A stretch of DNA of 58,687 nt, taken from assembly GCA_964592525.1 (NCBI GenBank), contig CAZQFB010000005.1, positions 1-58,687 of the forward strand. Direction: 5' to 3'. Positions 56,820 through 58,687 of the stretch are shown here, piece after piece; position 1 is the first letter of the stretch, and every line of letters starts with the position of its first letter. The translations under genes and the position numbers were made by a program. The stretch is from an uncultured Candidatus Saccharibacteria bacterium. Its GTDB lineage: Bacteria > Patescibacteriota > WWE3 > CAZQFB01. Under the pieces are notes generated by a model. The model worked only from the letters and a program-made list of their open reading frames with translations. It had not been told where the DNA came from and did no database searches.

Positions 56820-58687
56820 TTATGACTTAGACCTCGGTCTTAATGTGGCAGATGTTGGTAACTCTACGCCTCCGGCGGATCTTCCTGTTCTTCGCGCTTC
56901 TGCCTCTTTTTCTTTTTGCTCCTGCTCTCTAGCTGCTTGGCTCCCTTTTGGTAGTGCCACGCCTCCTTGGGTTGTAGTTTCGGTGGTTTCTGGCTGACTG
57001 GCAGGTGCGGTTGGAGCTGGTGTAGTTGGTTGTGCTGGTGGGGTTGGCGCCACTTCTTCAGCCTCAACAGAGGGTGGTACATAAAGACCGGAAGTGGTTT
57101 GTCTTGCCGGTCCTCCTGGACCGCCGGTAGCTGGTCCAGCGACCCGAACTGGTCTGCTACTAGTTCTTCTCGCTGGTGTTGGCTGTGGGGAAGCTGGTGC
57201 TGCTGCGACACCCGTTGTTCGGGGGCTAGTCGTAAAAAATCGCTCCCGTAGGTTAACATCTGACCCCCCCCTCTTAAACTTACGATCTGCTCTTAACCCC
57301 GCTTCTTCTTCTAAAGTTTTCCTAGCTTTTTCTCGAGCATCATCTATGTCTCTAACTGTTATCGCTTGATCCCCCAACGCTTCTTCCCTAGCCCTTAAAA
57401 TTTCTGCCACTTCTTGGGCATATAGATGCTGAGCGATTTCTCTTTCTATATTTGCGGTAGTAACATTTTCATCCCTAGCCTCTAAAGAGGCTATTGCCTT
57501 TGCCCGGTTTGCTTGAACAGTTCTTTCCCACAGTTTATCAGCGTCATCTTTTCTTGATTTATACTGCCCCCGCACCTGCTCTAGAGTACCTTTTCCTGCC
57601 TTAAGTTTGTCTTTTTCTCTTTTTTCCCTCGCTTGTACTTGATCCTTGGCTTTGAGCATTAGGTTGGGTCTTATGGTTCCTAGTGCAGATTGTACCCCAG
57701 TGGGTAGCCGACGGACGATTGGCGCTGTAACCCCATAATGACCCCCATCAGTTAGACGCGAGTCTCGAACTTCTCTCACCACATTTACTGCAGACCTAGC
57801 TCCAGAGGCGGCTGAAGTGGCTCCGGAGTACACGCGAGATAAATTATCTTTCGCGCCCCCGATGATGTTGCTGGCCATACCAGAAAGAAAAGAGCCACCT
57901 ACAAATTCAGCACCCAGGTTTTCCATAATCATTTTGGGTGTTTTGGCGATAAAGCTAAACAACCCCAAAGTGAAGATGAACAATATGGCGGGAAGAGCAT
58001 TGATGAAAGCAAAAGAGGCGACCAGATCAATTAAACCATCACCACTACCCCAAACACCAATTTGCAGATTTAACAAGAAAATAAAAGACAGCACCATTAG
58101 TAGTTGTATGGCGGGAAAGACGATTGAACAAGACAACACATAACGTAGCCAGTCAAATTTGAGGTGGCTTTTGCCGGGCAAGGCGCTAAGAATAAGAATG
58201 AGTGGGGCAAAAATGACGGACATATACAGACCTACCAAAGCTTTGAGCATGGCAAAGAGGAGCTTGAATAAATAATAGGCGCCAGCGATTAAGAGGATAA
58301 GACCCATAAGTAAGGCAAAAATAACTACCAAGCCCCCTGAAAGAACAGCGTTTAGAGCAAAGACAGCAAATAAAGTGGTGACTCTGGCGATTAACTCTGG
58401 CCAATCAGTGCCCATAACCAGCATCGTTTGCTGACCAGTATTGCGAAACAGATTTATGGTTAAATCGGATATGGCCCAACCGATATCCCACACAAAAGAA
58501 GCGATAAATAAACTAAATATGGCAAACATCAGCGCAGAAAATATTTTTGGCAGGGCAGAATAGATGGTGACTTTAAAGCCACCGTTAATGAAAGAAAAAC
58601 CGCTAAACATAATGGCAAAACCAGTGGCAATCAGGATTAGTAAGGAAAGACCCAGGGCGATGTTAAGTGAGGTTTTCCAGAAATCAC
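56820..58687 (-). CDS. VirB6/TrbL-like polytopic membrane protein with long low-complexity tail (5' truncated by the window edge)
   Basis: The frame stays open to the window end (DFWKTSLNIALGLSLLILIATGFAIMF...). Multiple TMs, IFAPLILILSALPG...W.R motif, and position upstream of prgI-virB4. Confidence 0.7.
   Translation of the reverse strand, partial: DFWKTSLNIALGLSLLILIATGFAIMFSGFSFINGGFKVTIYSALPKIFSALMFAIFSLFIASFVWDIGWAISDLTINLFRNTGQQTMLVMGTDWPELIARVTTLFAVFALNAVLSGGLVVIFALLMGLILLIAGAYYLFKLLFAMLKALVGLYMSVIFAPLILILSALPGKSHLKFDWLRYVLSCSIVFPAIQLLMVLSFIFLLNLQIGVWGSGDGLIDLVASFAFINALPAILFIFTLGLFSFIAKTPKMIMENLGAEFVGGSFLSGMASNIIGGAKDNLSRVYSGATSAASGARSAVNVVREVRDSRLTDGGHYGVTAPIVRRLPTGVQSALGTIRPNLMLKAKDQVQAREKREKDKLKAGKGTLEQVRGQYKSRKDDADKLWERTVQANRAKAIASLEARDENVTTANIEREIAQHLYAQEVAEILRAREEALGDQAITVRDIDDAREKARKTLEEEAGLRADRKFKRGGSDVNLRERFFTTSPRTTGVAAAPASPQPTPARRTSSRPVRVAGPATGGPGGPARQTTSGLYVPPSVEAEEVAPTPPAQPTTPAPTAPASQPETTETTTQGGVALPKGSQAAREQEQKEKEAEARRTGRSAGGVELPTSATLRPRSKS

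Noticed and set aside
55300-57250. G/T-rich low-complexity tracts as tandem repeats or CRISPR
   Set aside because: No fixed-length repeat-spacer periodicity. They are explained by Pro/Thr/Gln-rich linkers encoded on the minus strand.
1-58687. tRNA, rRNA, tmRNA and CRISPR loci
   Set aside because: Intergenic gaps were read by eye and none showed these signatures. A covariance-model scan would be needed to exclude divergent RNAs.

Overview
This is a core chromosomal segment of a Patescibacteria/CPR bacterium. A Microgenomates/WWE3-like lineage is my inference, from the missing rpmD/L30, DUF4012 fusion, PrgI-VirB4 cluster and TrpR-like orphan; TGA is used as stop. The window has five parts. (1) 1-2465 is the right end of an accessory island: a probable DNA methyltransferase C-terminus, an HNH endonuclease, a 61-aa ORF, an SDH/ClpP-fold protease and a DUF6941-like gene, closed by a GC-rich triple-hairpin element. 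(2) 3021-31405 is a co-directional minus-strand supercluster: rpoBC, str, S10, spc, alpha and rplM-rpsI. (3) 31.6-47.6 kb holds housekeeping and envelope genes: cmk, rnhA, Wzz-like, epimerase-DUF4012 fusion, rplY, valS, a TrpR-like gene with flanking repeats, tsaD, a solute-binding protein, O-antigen ligase and murT/gatD. (4) oriC (DnaA boxes plus DnaA-trios) flanks dnaA, followed by rpmH-rnpA-yidD-yidC-jag-dnaN. (5) The window ends in a VirB4/PrgI/VirB6-like T4SS-type cluster. Best leads: L4 fused to an RNA polymerase alpha-CTD-like domain, with a terminator/antiterminator switch just upstream of rplC-rplD; a TrpR-like gene bracketed by 21-bp direct repeats, one inside a perfect 36-bp palindrome; EF-G with non-canonical G4/G5 motifs and its own attenuator-like leader; three GroES-mobile-loop-like motifs in the VirB6-like tail; and a catalytically degenerate sugar-nucleotide epimerase fused across the membrane to DUF4012. 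No rRNA, tRNA or CRISPR array was recognised. All family calls come from motif recognition, not database searches.
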